A stretch of 33,936 nucleotides of DNA, taken from NCBI GenBank assembly GCA_008369845.1, contig MRSU01001970.1, forward strand, positions 1 to 33,936. Reading direction: 5' to 3'. The stretch is from Trichomonas gallinae (Eukaryota). Below are positions 1-10,337 of this stretch, in pieces; the first letter of the stretch is position 1, and the number at the start of each line of letters is the position of its first letter. A model generated the notes under the pieces. That model saw only the letters and a program-made list of their open reading frames with translations. It searched no databases and was not told the DNA's origin. The translations under genes were made by a program, and so were the position numbers.

Positions 1-151
1 CAAAAATAATCGTCGCTTGGAAGATTGGTTTTTAGGAGTTTTTGCATTTTCCTAAGGTTCTTCCAAAGTGACATCCTTACGATTATTTATTAGTATATCA
101 TTGATATCAAAAATTTACAATATATGGATTCGTTTACTTTAAAATAAAAAA

Positions 152-1075
152 ATGGATTCTTGCGAAAAACACGATGTCGTTAACTCTAAATCCAGACAAT
201 TATCGCCTTCTCAATCACAGCCGGGATCTACAAAGACACAAGGTCAAAAATTTAACAAAAATATTAAAGATCTGAAAAAAATACGATCATTTGACGAAAT
301 ATATGACATATTGTGTCGTGTTGCATCAGAAACTGATTATGATGCTATGAATTTTGCCGTGCAGCGAGGATTTTGCGATTTTAAAAACTTGTTAGGTCAA
401 ACTATGGTAGATTTTTCAATCGGAATGGGAAACTACCATCTTGCTCGCCTCATTATAGAATTTGGTGGAAACAGGAGTATTAGACGTTCAACCCCCAAAG
501 ACTTCGAGTTTTTAAAATTTATTCTCAAAATTCAACATAATGATAATGAGTATTTGTGGTATGCTTCAGAACATGGTCTTCATGAAGTTGTCAAATTCCT
601 TCTCCCAATTCCTGGAATAGATGTCAATGCAAAAAGCAAGATAAAGAGTACGGCTTTGATTTATGCTTCACAAAATGGTCATCATGAAGTTGTCAAAATC
701 CTTCTTTCAATACCTGAAATAAAAGTTAACATGAGAGGCAAAGGCAACAGTACAGCTTTGATTCAAGCTTCATTGAATGGTCATCCTGAAGTTGTCAAAC
801 TCCTTCTTTCAATGCCTGAAATAGATGTAAACGCAAAAGACAAATGCAACAGTACAGCTTTGATTCTGGCTTCAGAATTCGGTCATCATGAAGTTGTCAA
901 ACTCCTTCTTTCCGCTCCTGGAATAGATGTCAACGCAAAAGACAAATACAACAATACAGCTTTGTATTATGCATCAGAAGAAGACCATCGTAACGTTACC
1001 AAACTACTCTATGCATTTCCTGGAATAAAAATCCCAAGAAACCATAACGATTCTTTAGATAGTATGTATTATTAA
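152..1075 (+). CDS. Ankyrin-repeat protein (about 5 tandem 34-aa repeats), apparently truncated at the C-terminus
   Basis: Repeated units such as ALIYASQNGHHEVVKILLSIPEIKVN and ALILASEFGHHEVVKLLLSAPGIDVNAKDK. The catgaagttgtcaaa-like block recurs at 581, 683, 785 and 887 (102-nt period). Confidence 0.93.
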   Translation: MDSCEKHDVVNSKSRQLSPSQSQPGSTKTQGQKFNKNIKDLKKIRSFDEIYDILCRVASETDYDAMNFAVQRGFCDFKNLLGQTMVDFSIGMGNYHLARLIIEFGGNRSIRRSTPKDFEFLKFILKIQHNDNEYLWYASEHGLHEVVKFLLPIPGIDVNAKSKIKSTALIYASQNGHHEVVKILLSIPEIKVNMRGKGNSTALIQASLNGHPEVVKLLLSMPEIDVNAKDKCNSTALILASEFGHHEVVKLLLSAPGIDVNAKDKYNNTALYYASEEDHRNVTKLLYAFPGIKIPRNHNDSLDSMYY

Positions 1076-1200
1076 TGGAAGGGTAATCATGAAGTCTTCA
1101 AACTCTTTCTCGTACTCCTTGGTATTGATATCAACGTAAAAATGAAGATAGCAGAACATATTTGATTCTTGCTTCATCTAACGATCATCAATAAGTTGTT
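1076..1200 (+). pseudogene. Decayed ankyrin repeats downstream of the stop codon
   Basis: In frame after TAA the sequence reads WK-GNHEVFKLFLVLLGIDINVK. After a 1-nt frameshift at about 1141 it reads NEDSRTYLILASSNDHQ*VV. Both match the upstream repeat consensus. Confidence 0.8.
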
Positions 1201-1457
1201 AATTATCGAATATATATTTTTTTTGCTAACTTTTTAAAATGTTGATTAAATTCTCGAAATCCTTGTACTAATATATACTCTGATAACATGCGACAAATCA
1301 TTACAAATCTCATGTTTCAAGCAGTTCTTGGACAGTTTAATAAATATCTATGTAAAAAATGGTTTTTTTTTTGCAAGTAATAATCTATCATATTTTATAA
1401 ACAAATACATAATGAAAAGAAACCTAATCATATTAATAATAAAAAATAACAAAATTT

Positions 1458-2981
1458 CTAATGAGTTCTAAGTCTCAATGCATCGATGAGTCCAGTCTTT
1501 CCGTACTTTGACTCCAAAGTATGTAGAACTTCAGGTGTAACTCTCACTCCATACTCGAGGAAACCGTTTGAAAGTTCTTCGGCTGATGAGCATCGCAAAA
1601 CTATGTCTTCCCATCCTCCTCTTCTTATTTGGCCGGCTATATCATTGATCATCTCCTCGTCCTCGGTCTCCCTGACCCTTCCGTTCGGACTCCTGCCGAG
1701 CTCTGTCAGTCTAATTCCATCCGAAAGCATCCTGGCGAACGTAGAAACATTCATCGGTCCGCCGTAATGCTGGACAATCATGGTGAGCTCTTCTCTAGGG
1801 AACCTAACACCGCAGTCCCTTGCCAATCCGTCGCGGAGGTCGTCGGCAGAGAGAAGGTCTCCTTGGCGCCATTTAGCGAACGCTTGTTTCGACGTGTGGA
1901 AGAATTTGAAAACTTTTTGCGAAATCATTTCTACTGTTTTTCCTGGAGTCATGTTCCCGACAATCTCTGCGTTTTGGACTTCATCAGCAGATAAAAGCCT
2001 CTGGCGAGGAACTGGCTCGTAATTTGGCTTGTGGCCGAAAATATTCGGATCGAGATTTCTTCTTGGGCCCAAATTCTCAGCAGAACCTCCAATGCGACGT
2101 GTGGCATACTCACCGAAGATGAGCTCGTCCTTCTGGTACTGTGATGAGCTTGAAGGGAAAGGATCTAAATTTGAATTTTGTGTAAATTCGTCAAGAATCT
2201 TCGAAGGTGAAACAAACGTGTCCTGAGAGTTAGGGGCGTAGATTCTTGGTGGTGTTGGCGGCAATTTCGGAAGTTCTCGATTATCTTGTTGTGGAGAAGG
2301 ATTTTGAGCTTTTGGACTGTAATTTGAAGGAGAGACATTGGAGCGGACAGAGGAAACACTGTCTGTTTCCCCACTCATGCCACACAAAAAGTCCACGAAG
2401 GCCATGTAATTAACGAAACCAGTATGATCTTCGTCGAGCGAATTAGCAATGTTTGTGACTGTAGCCTGGTCAGATGTTCCAAACCAGACACAGATGTCGA
2501 TAAATTGTTTTTTGTCGATTTTACCAATTGTTTTTGGATCTGCATCAAGGCATTTCATCAGGAGAGCTCTTCTGCAGCTGCATAGCATTGTCTGAATCTT
2601 ATCAATTGCTGAAGAATCAGGAGCCTCAGTTTCTGGCTCTTCTGCAATGGGACCAGCAAGTTTCGGACGCGGAATCACTGCTTCTGGTTTGTGCTTTGAC
2701 GGAGACGCGCTAGGAGAAGCTTCTATTTCGGCTTTTAGAAGATTCTCAAAATCTTTGTATGTTAATTGATTAGTGTTTAATCCTGCAAGTTTCCACATTG
2801 ACGTAACATCAGCTGATGTTAACATAATTCCGTATGTTGACATTCTACGAGCAAATTGTGCCGCGGACATATCTGAATTCGTGCTGAAAACTGTCCACCG
2901 CGCCTTGTTTGTGGGCCCTAGGCTCAGTATTTTCGTCTGCAGCTGCTTAAGACTGCGTCGCAAACGTTGTTCACTTGACAT
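1458..2981 (-). CDS. EF-hand domain protein with central Ser/Pro-rich low-complexity linkers
   Basis: Long ORF; first ATG at 2981 (the track's 2984 start is TTG). EF-hand-like loops DADPKTIGKIDKKQF and DEDHTGFVNYMAF, with further degenerate helix-loop-helix segments at both ends. Confidence 0.7.
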   Translation of the reverse strand: MSSEQRLRRSLKQLQTKILSLGPTNKARWTVFSTNSDMSAAQFARRMSTYGIMLTSADVTSMWKLAGLNTNQLTYKDFENLLKAEIEASPSASPSKHKPEAVIPRPKLAGPIAEEPETEAPDSSAIDKIQTMLCSCRRALLMKCLDADPKTIGKIDKKQFIDICVWFGTSDQATVTNIANSLDEDHTGFVNYMAFVDFLCGMSGETDSVSSVRSNVSPSNYSPKAQNPSPQQDNRELPKLPPTPPRIYAPNSQDTFVSPSKILDEFTQNSNLDPFPSSSSQYQKDELIFGEYATRRIGGSAENLGPRRNLDPNIFGHKPNYEPVPRQRLLSADEVQNAEIVGNMTPGKTVEMISQKVFKFFHTSKQAFAKWRQGDLLSADDLRDGLARDCGVRFPREELTMIVQHYGGPMNVSTFARMLSDGIRLTELGRSPNGRVRETEDEEMINDIAGQIRRGGWEDIVLRCSSAEELSNGFLEYGVRVTPEVLHTLESKYGKTGLIDALRLRTH

Positions 2982-3792
2982 CAAAAACTTTTAAATTTTA
3001 TAACGGGAAAATTTTTAATTTAAAAATCATTAATTTAGAACCTTTATGCTTTAGAATCATATGATTTCAGTTTTTTTGAAAGATTTCATCGGAAACAGCA
3101 AAATTTGAGCGATGATGTCTGTCAAAAAAACCTAATTTAACTCGCATTCTCCATCCTATAACAATAAAACAATTTATAACTGATTCGGCAAAAGTGATTT
3201 TTGATTTAATAATGAAATGCATATAATCATATAATGAATGAATCATATAGAAGTGAGTATTTATTATATGATGAGGTGCGTAATCAATTATAGCAGACAT
3301 GTCATGATTTTTTAAATCAATTTTAAGAAATTAGTAAGAAGAATGTGTAAATTACATTTAATCAAATTGTAGCAAATGAACTTGAATATCAAGCTCAGGA
3401 TGTCAAAATAACAAATGGCGGAAACAAGAAAGAATATTATCTATGATAAACACAATTGTCAAATGTGCAGACTCATTTGATCTTCATCCTCATATATTAT
3501 TAGTATTACAGCAATAAAAATGATTTTCATTTTGAATGAAATTTATTGTAATAAAAACCCAAAACATACGTTGATATACACTAAAAAACTCCTTTCCATT
3601 GTTTTTATTATATTAATTTTACTCATATCCAAATATTTCAACAATTTTAAACTAAATTCTCATGAATAACAGGGTTTTGAAACAAAATTCTTATAACAAA
3701 TGACCTAAATAACTATAAAATAAGCATTTTTAACATTAAAAAAATATAAGAAAACGAATTTTTTTCATTGGTGGACGTTTAAGATTCCAGGA

Positions 3793-5769
3793 ATGAGTGA
3801 TGTTTATGACTCAATGAGCGTGAAGGAATCAGAGAGCACAGCTCCGTCATCTCCGAACAGTGGTGGGACGGCTATTACTGTTGTTGTTAGAGTCCGCCCT
3901 CCAAACAGCAACGAGAAAAACGGACCTCCAGGACAATTAGTTCGAGTAGTTGACGAAAAATGCTTAGTTTTCGATCCACCTGGTGAGAGACAGCAGAAGC
4001 AATCATTTATTTCATCATCAAGAGACAGATCAAAAGATATCAGTTTCGGATTCGACAAAATTTTCGATGAAGACGCTACTCAAGAAGATGTATTCGATAT
4101 GGTTAAAAATACGGTCTTCAAAGAAGAAGGAGGCTTACTTGACGGATATAATTGCACTGTCTTCGCTTATGGAGCTACAGGCTCCGGCAAAACGTTCAGC
4201 ATGGCTGGGACACCGGAAAATCCAGGAATTATGGCCAGATCCGTTGAATATATTTTCCAGTCGATTCAAAATCAAACGGGAAGAAAGGCTAAAATCTGCA
4301 TCTCATACATGGAAATATACAACGAAATCATCAGAGACCTTTTGCAGCCAAATGACAAGTCAAAAGAGCTGAAAATCGTCGATGATCCACAAAACGGAAT
4401 AATTGTCACTGGATTAAGCCACAGTTATCCCAATAACACGGCAGAGGTCTTAGAATTGATCCAAATTGGTAACGCAAACAGAACTCAAGCGCCAACTGAA
4501 GCAAACGCAAATTCATCAAGATCTCACGCAATTCTACAGATTCTCGTTGAAAACTGCGACGATGTACCAGGCTTGTCGACGGTATCCAAGGTAGGCAAAC
4601 TAAGTCTCATAGATCTCGCGGGAAGCGAAAGAGCGACGTCAAATACTGGTGTAAGGCTCAGAGAAACTGCAAAAATCAACTGTTCTCTTCTCGCTCTCGG
4701 CAATTGCATCACTGCTTTGTGCAACGGGTCCTCGCACATCCCATTCCGCCAATCGAAGCTCACAAGATTATTAATGGATTCATTAGGTGGAAATTGCAAG
4801 ACAATTTATCTTTCATGCATATCACCAAGTTACATGACATATGAAGACACATTTAACACATTGCAATACGCAAACAAAGCAAAGAACATCAAAACGAATA
4901 TTAAAAAGAATACAGTCAACGTTAAGGCCCATGTTGCTGAGTACCAACAGATGATAGAGAAGCTTAGAGATCAAGTACACACTTTGCAATCGCAAGCAGT
5001 CAATGTTCCGCTTATTTCAAATTATGGAAGAACGTGTGATCAATTATTGGAGATCCAGAAGCATAAAATCACATCCCTGCTCAACAAAAGTTTCCCCAAA
5101 CCAGACGCAAACCTCGAAGAGAAGTACGAAGCGATTAGAAAAATGCCTGCAGTTGAATTCCAGAGAAAATGCGCTCAGAGGGTTGCTGCTTATAACCAGG
5201 AGAGCCTAAAAACGAGGCCAACAGACGAAACACAGAAGAAATGGCTTGAAAAAGAGCAACAAATTCGCCAAGTTACATTAGAAATATACGGATTGAGGCT
5301 TGCTGCTGAGTTATACCAGTCCCAGCTCGATATCCAAGCTCAATTAATCGATGAAATCTCGAAACAGAGGCAAAATACAGCAAATTCTGCAATTCCACAA
5401 AAAATCCCTCAGATTCCGATTGAATCGGAGCCTGAGGCAGCAATGAGCAGCGACATGGACTCGAATCCAAGCTCCATGCCGTCTATTTTGGATTCTGTGA
5501 GGCTGCTCACAGACGAATTCAGCTCGGAGTCACAAATGGAGTCAGAATCATACAAGCCGCGAGCTTTGAACAAATTTTCAGCGAGGCCCATCTCGGCGAG
5601 ACGCCGCACTGAGAATAACCCCGATTCGGATAACAGATCTGTTGTTTCTTCGATTTCTTCTGAGTCATCTTTGAAGAAGAAGTCAATAAACATCAGAGAA
5701 CAGTTCCAGATATTGAAGGCCCAGAAGGAGAGGTTGAGGCAGACAGCTGCAAGCAAAGGCTTTATTTAA
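3793..5769 (+). CDS. N-terminal kinesin motor protein, kinesin-8 (KIF18/KIF19/Kip3)-like
   Basis: VVVRVRP, P-loop GYNCTVFAYGATGSGKT, switch I NSSRSH, switch II DLAGSE and HIPFRQSKLTRLL are all present. GATGxGKT and the 'LVFDP' loop-2 extension suggest kinesin-8. A coiled coil and disordered tail follow. Confidence 0.93.
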   Translation: MSDVYDSMSVKESESTAPSSPNSGGTAITVVVRVRPPNSNEKNGPPGQLVRVVDEKCLVFDPPGERQQKQSFISSSRDRSKDISFGFDKIFDEDATQEDVFDMVKNTVFKEEGGLLDGYNCTVFAYGATGSGKTFSMAGTPENPGIMARSVEYIFQSIQNQTGRKAKICISYMEIYNEIIRDLLQPNDKSKELKIVDDPQNGIIVTGLSHSYPNNTAEVLELIQIGNANRTQAPTEANANSSRSHAILQILVENCDDVPGLSTVSKVGKLSLIDLAGSERATSNTGVRLRETAKINCSLLALGNCITALCNGSSHIPFRQSKLTRLLMDSLGGNCKTIYLSCISPSYMTYEDTFNTLQYANKAKNIKTNIKKNTVNVKAHVAEYQQMIEKLRDQVHTLQSQAVNVPLISNYGRTCDQLLEIQKHKITSLLNKSFPKPDANLEEKYEAIRKMPAVEFQRKCAQRVAAYNQESLKTRPTDETQKKWLEKEQQIRQVTLEIYGLRLAAELYQSQLDIQAQLIDEISKQRQNTANSAIPQKIPQIPIESEPEAAMSSDMDSNPSSMPSILDSVRLLTDEFSSESQMESESYKPRALNKFSARPISARRRTENNPDSDNRSVVSSISSESSLKKKSINIREQFQILKAQKERLRQTAASKGFI

Positions 5770-6219
5770 ATGTATGTGTGTATCAATTATCATGTATATT
5801 TTGTTATTTTGACACAAATTCTGTTATTTTTCATAAAAATCTTAAGTTTTATACATATAAATCTTTATATTTCAAATCATTCTTATTCTCTCACGATGTT
5901 GTCGTTGAAAATAAATTTCCAAATTTCTATATATAAAAATTTCAAGTCAATTCCCATATTATCTTATTACAATTTCCAATAGATTTGATTCTGTCATATT
6001 ATATAAGCGAAACAAAAAAAATATTTTTCAAAAATTTCAAATTTCAAATAAGAATAGTTTAAATCGCATCATTACATCAGATCCATTTGATAACTTAGAA
6101 AAATCTTTGGTAAATATGTATGTTAACAAGTGATATCGAGAAATTTAAATTGAATATATAAGTATAATAAATAAAACATCTTTATTATATATAATGTATA
6201 TATAGAGCTTATCAAACAA

Positions 6220-7812
6220 TTATTTGTTCTCTGTATTCGATGGATTCAATTCAACAATTGCGTTTTGCGTGAAAATTGCATAACACCAACTAGGCCATGA
6301 TTGTTTCATATTGAATCCAACAATGGAATGGTTGGTGTTCATCAATTTATAGTTTTCCGGGTTGAAATTCTTTGGATCATGCAAATAGTTCAAAATGAGA
6401 GATTTTGCATTAGAATCAGGCAATATCTCGACTATTTTAACATTTCCCATCATAAAACTGATAAATTTCTGGTTGTCATTTGGATTGCATGCGAAAACAT
6501 GCGCAAATATGTCTGTTATCACCTGAAGCAGTGTGGATATCTTCGGAACGTTGCTTTTAGTAATCAGTCCTTGGACGATAATCAGCAATGCTCGAGCTGC
6601 TTCTTCTGAAAAGTTTTTAATGTAAGGAGAAATCGTATGTATCAAGCAAAGCAACGAGAGCATGAAGTCCTCAGACGAGATCTTGATCAGTGCCATTATC
6701 AAAATTGTGGATATCGTTTCATTTCTGTGATCATTGAATTGCGCGTTGATTATTGGCTCAGCTTCCTTGAAACATAGCAAGTGCATGAGGCAAGATATGG
6801 CGATTGTATGAATATATGATATTCCTGTTGTATCATAGACTTTCAGCATTAATGTCATAATTGATTCTGTAATTTTGAGTCCTTCGGGTTGCGCGGCAAC
6901 GTAACGGCCGAATTCTGGCTTATTAGTGAGAAATATATGAACAAGAGTTAATCCTTCTATTGCAAGCGGACAATTGAAATTAGTAATCGGAATATCGTGG
7001 AATAAAGCTTCCATAAGTAGCTTAGGGTCCATCTTTGAGATAGACTGTGAAAATTGAGTATCAATATATAGAAATTCAGCTAAAATACAGATGCAATGTC
7101 TAATTATTGCTTCCTTTGTTGTGTTTTTATGGTTTTCAGCCAAACTTCGCATATAATAATTGCATGTCTTGCATAGATTGAAGAGGAACTTTTGATATGG
7201 AAAACTAGGCATCAATAAAAATTTATCATAATGAATTTCTGTTATTCCTGTGAAAGCTTCGCGGCTATAGAAGAGAAGAAGTGCGTGTAACACATCTAAA
7301 AGACTGTCATCGAATCTTGTAGAAGAAATATATGTTGAATCCCAATTTTCACTTTTTTCTGGCATAGCAACGTTAGAGCAGAACAAAAGACCGACCAAAG
7401 CCTTGATTAATCGTTCACCTAATGAAACATTTCCAGAAGGAGAATAAAATAATCTGTGATTCAAGCTAGAAAGGGATTTATCTGTTGATGTTACGATGAA
7501 AAATGATACTGTAAGCTGTAGCACTGTGTTAAATTGTTTGTAAAAGAAGACGCCAATATATTCGTTTGAATTTTTAAGTGGAATCGTAGTTAAATATGTA
7601 ATACATACATGAAGAAGCTTAAGGACATTATCAGGTTGCTTTTTTGCAATTTCGTAAAGTAATTTTGGTGGAATTTTTGCACGATATTCCTTTTTCATTC
7701 CATGTTGAAGTAAAGTATTCCAGTATTCGATATTAATAACATCTCCATCTTCCAATAATTTGCTTAAATGGTCAAGAAGTGGACTCGCCTCGTATGAACC
7801 TGTATTTCCCAT
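6220..7812 (-). CDS. HID1/dymeclin-family Golgi-associated protein (divergent), with predicted N-myristoylation
   Basis: 530-aa ORF beginning MGNTGS (Gly2, Ser6). Segments EGLTLVHIFLTNKPEFGRYV...IHTIAISCLMHLL and TISPYIKNFSEEAARALL resemble remembered HID1/dymeclin core segments. Confidence 0.6.
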   Translation of the reverse strand: MGNTGSYEASPLLDHLSKLLEDGDVINIEYWNTLLQHGMKKEYRAKIPPKLLYEIAKKQPDNVLKLLHVCITYLTTIPLKNSNEYIGVFFYKQFNTVLQLTVSFFIVTSTDKSLSSLNHRLFYSPSGNVSLGERLIKALVGLLFCSNVAMPEKSENWDSTYISSTRFDDSLLDVLHALLLFYSREAFTGITEIHYDKFLLMPSFPYQKFLFNLCKTCNYYMRSLAENHKNTTKEAIIRHCICILAEFLYIDTQFSQSISKMDPKLLMEALFHDIPITNFNCPLAIEGLTLVHIFLTNKPEFGRYVAAQPEGLKITESIMTLMLKVYDTTGISYIHTIAISCLMHLLCFKEAEPIINAQFNDHRNETISTILIMALIKISSEDFMLSLLCLIHTISPYIKNFSEEAARALLIIVQGLITKSNVPKISTLLQVITDIFAHVFACNPNDNQKFISFMMGNVKIVEILPDSNAKSLILNYLHDPKNFNPENYKLMNTNHSIVGFNMKQSWPSWCYAIFTQNAIVELNPSNTENK

Positions 7813-8758
7813 TTATTTAGTTACAATTTGACAAATTAATTTATTTGTAAAGTGTTTTTGTCAAATTACATTAATAAATACCAAAAATTGCTTTTTCTCT
7901 CGAGATATATAAATTATGTGATAAAAACTCCCGAAATATTGATATAATTCTGTATTGATGGAATTTTCAACCAAATATTTTGTTCAATTTGTTCTCTGGA
8001 GTGAAAATATCGCATATATAGAATCTTTCCTATAATAAAAACCAATTCTTAATTTCCAAACCCGCGACTGAATTTTGAATTAATTTATTTTGATTATGTT
8101 ATTTCATTTTTTATGAGCCATTATACATTTTTCAACTAGATTAATAAAAATTAATCATTGACAACTTATTTTGCTACACTTCTCAAATGAAAATTTAGAA
8201 TTATGCTATTTGAACGTTATATGTATGTTAGACAGGTCCTTTTTGTTATACATAGCAATTATTCTCATAGATAAACATATATATACTGATAAATCATCTC
8301 AATAATTTGACATTTTATGAATCATCTCAGTATTTCACAATATTTAATCTCAGACTAGCAAACCCACATTGAGTAGAATTATATAACATAACAGAAATTA
8401 ATCAAAGAAGTAAATATATTTGAGGACTGAAATTAATTTTGAGTGCTAACATATACAATTTTCCATGCAATAGCAATTATATGTCGTTATGCAATAAATC
8501 AGTTACCTCAAATTCGTATTAGCTCTCATTAATTAATTTCTTTTTTCTAAAAATAAGTAAAATGTAATATAGAATACATCTCATCTAATGAGCATTGTGA
8601 ACTTGATTAGTAATGCAGGGTTTGAGAGATTCTCATCCCTTCGTATCAGATTTGATGTAATTGTTCTTATAAATTGCATAATCTGATAAATAAAGCAACT
8701 AATTTAGTCGATAATAATAAACAAAAGGAGGGATACATAGGTTAAGACAAACAAACAA

Positions 8759-9016
8759 TCAACCTACGTGTGAATTGTGTGGAGCTGTCGTAGAATTTGC
8801 GTGTACGGCGAATGGGAAGGCCATCTTATGAAAGGGGGCCGAGGGCCTTTTCAAAGTGGCCCCAATCGTAGCTGGATTGACCTTGAGACAAGAATTGTAA
8901 TTTTTATATGGAACGATTGCATCAGGCGGCTGGACATTTTCATTAGCTTTCGTACATACTAGATTGATACCCGTGTGAATTTTCGATTGATTGGTATTGA
9001 GTGGTGGTGCCATCAT
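8759..9016 (-). CDS. Small hypothetical protein (85 aa), Pro/Asn/Ala-rich
   Basis: GC-richer island in AT-rich DNA. The ATG is preceded by an Inr (TCATTTTTTCCCA-ATG on the minus strand) and by clustered AAAGTGAC motifs. No recognisable domain. Confidence 0.55.
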   Translation of the reverse strand: MMAPPLNTNQSKIHTGINLVCTKANENVQPPDAIVPYKNYNSCLKVNPATIGATLKRPSAPFHKMAFPFAVHANSTTAPHNSHVG

Positions 9017-9052
9017 TGGGAAAAAATGATTTTTAATTTTCTAAAAAACTCG

Positions 9053-9142
9053 AAAAAAGTGACAATGATTTTACAAAGTCTCAAAAAAAGTGATCGTTTA
9101 ATATTGACTATGTCACCTTTTATATTCAAAATTGTCACTTTT
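9053..9142. promoter_or_regulatory. Cluster of M2-type (AAAGTGAC) promoter motifs in both orientations
   Basis: AAAGTGAC at 9056-9063, AAAGTGAT at 9087-9094, GTCACCTT at 9112-9119 and GTCACTTT at 9134-9141, all upstream of the small minus-strand ORF. Confidence 0.55.
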
Positions 9143-10337
9143 AAAATCTTCCATTGTCAAGTTTTTTTAAACCAATATATTTATCTCTATTATTTATTTT
9201 AGAGTTTTTTTCTCCAAAATAAAATGTCATGATATTTTAACCATGGTATGCCTATTAGTTATTACAGCAATATTTCAATTCAAAACAGGTCTAATTCAAA
9301 GATTTTGTAACCAATAAGATTTTGAAAAGATTTGACTGCCGCACGTTTTGTAAAAACATTAAAGCTTTCATCCCGTTTGCTAATACCTTTGAGAATGGAA
9401 TAGTTAAAATAAATCTAATTTTGTGCGAAATTTTCAATTTTTTTAGTTTGGCAAGTTAATGCAATATCAATATGAAGGAAACATTGTAGTTAACACAATG
9501 ATCACACTGTTGCAATCCCAAACGATGATTTTTTTACATTTTGACTTCTGAATTATTTCAATGAAATTGGATTATAATAAGGTTTCATATATGCATTCTC
9601 TTCAAAGACATTGAATATCAATGTGGAACACTCCTGAACTCTTCAAATATATATTTTATCATTGAGATCAAAACAAAAATATGGAAAAATCCAATTTATA
9701 GACGAATGTGCATTATCCTGCACTTAAAAAGTTTAGAAACAACCGAAAATTTATATAAACACAATATAATATTGATTTTAATTTTATCGAAACTGATAAT
9801 GCAATGCCTCCATATTACATGACTTATCTTTTGCATTCCTACAAAAGCTCATAGTTCTGTTTATATGGTGTAAAATATGTTCATTAGCTTTTCAAGTTAG
9901 GGATATGCTAGAAACAATTTGATTGTGGCTATAGATAGAATAGAAGCAGACAATGAATATCATTTACTATTGAGTCTTGAATCAAATCCAAATATATATT
10001 TTTTTTTTTTCAAATCAGTGCATCAGATACATATTGCTAGATATCCGAGGTCTGGTATTTCCAGATAGAGAATAACAACAAGTCTTGAAGTATCATAAGA
10101 TGTATATCAATATATGTTATTGAAGGAGAAAACAAAAATATAATTCAATCTTTGTATCACAAGAAAAAAAAAAAAAAACTTCATAAATCATTGTTCGCGA
10201 TTTAAGAAATAACAATGAGGGCACATATTATATGAGAACCAAGTCTTTGGAATTAGAAAGAATAGAATAATGATAGTATATCAATTCGAATGACTATGAT
10301 CGGAATGTATATTGTCACTTTTACATATTTTTTTTTC

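Noticed and set aside
1486..5982. Many short ORFs overlapping the EF-hand and kinesin genes (likewise inside the phosphatase, protease and cyclases)
   Set aside because: They are antisense or alternate-frame shadows of long coding regions, mostly with non-ATG starts and no motifs. Similar shadows recur in the cyclase paralogs simply because the sense genes are homologous.
8590..8761. Selenoprotein idea: the small ORF ends in TGA with hairpins downstream
   Set aside because: No SECIS core (AUGA..AA..GA) geometry on the minus strand and no redox motif near the TGA.
10290..10337. Upstream ATG extension of the TMEM33-like ORF
   Set aside because: It translates promoter-like sequence (M2/Inr plus a T-tract). 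ATG 10338 fits trichomonad start context better.
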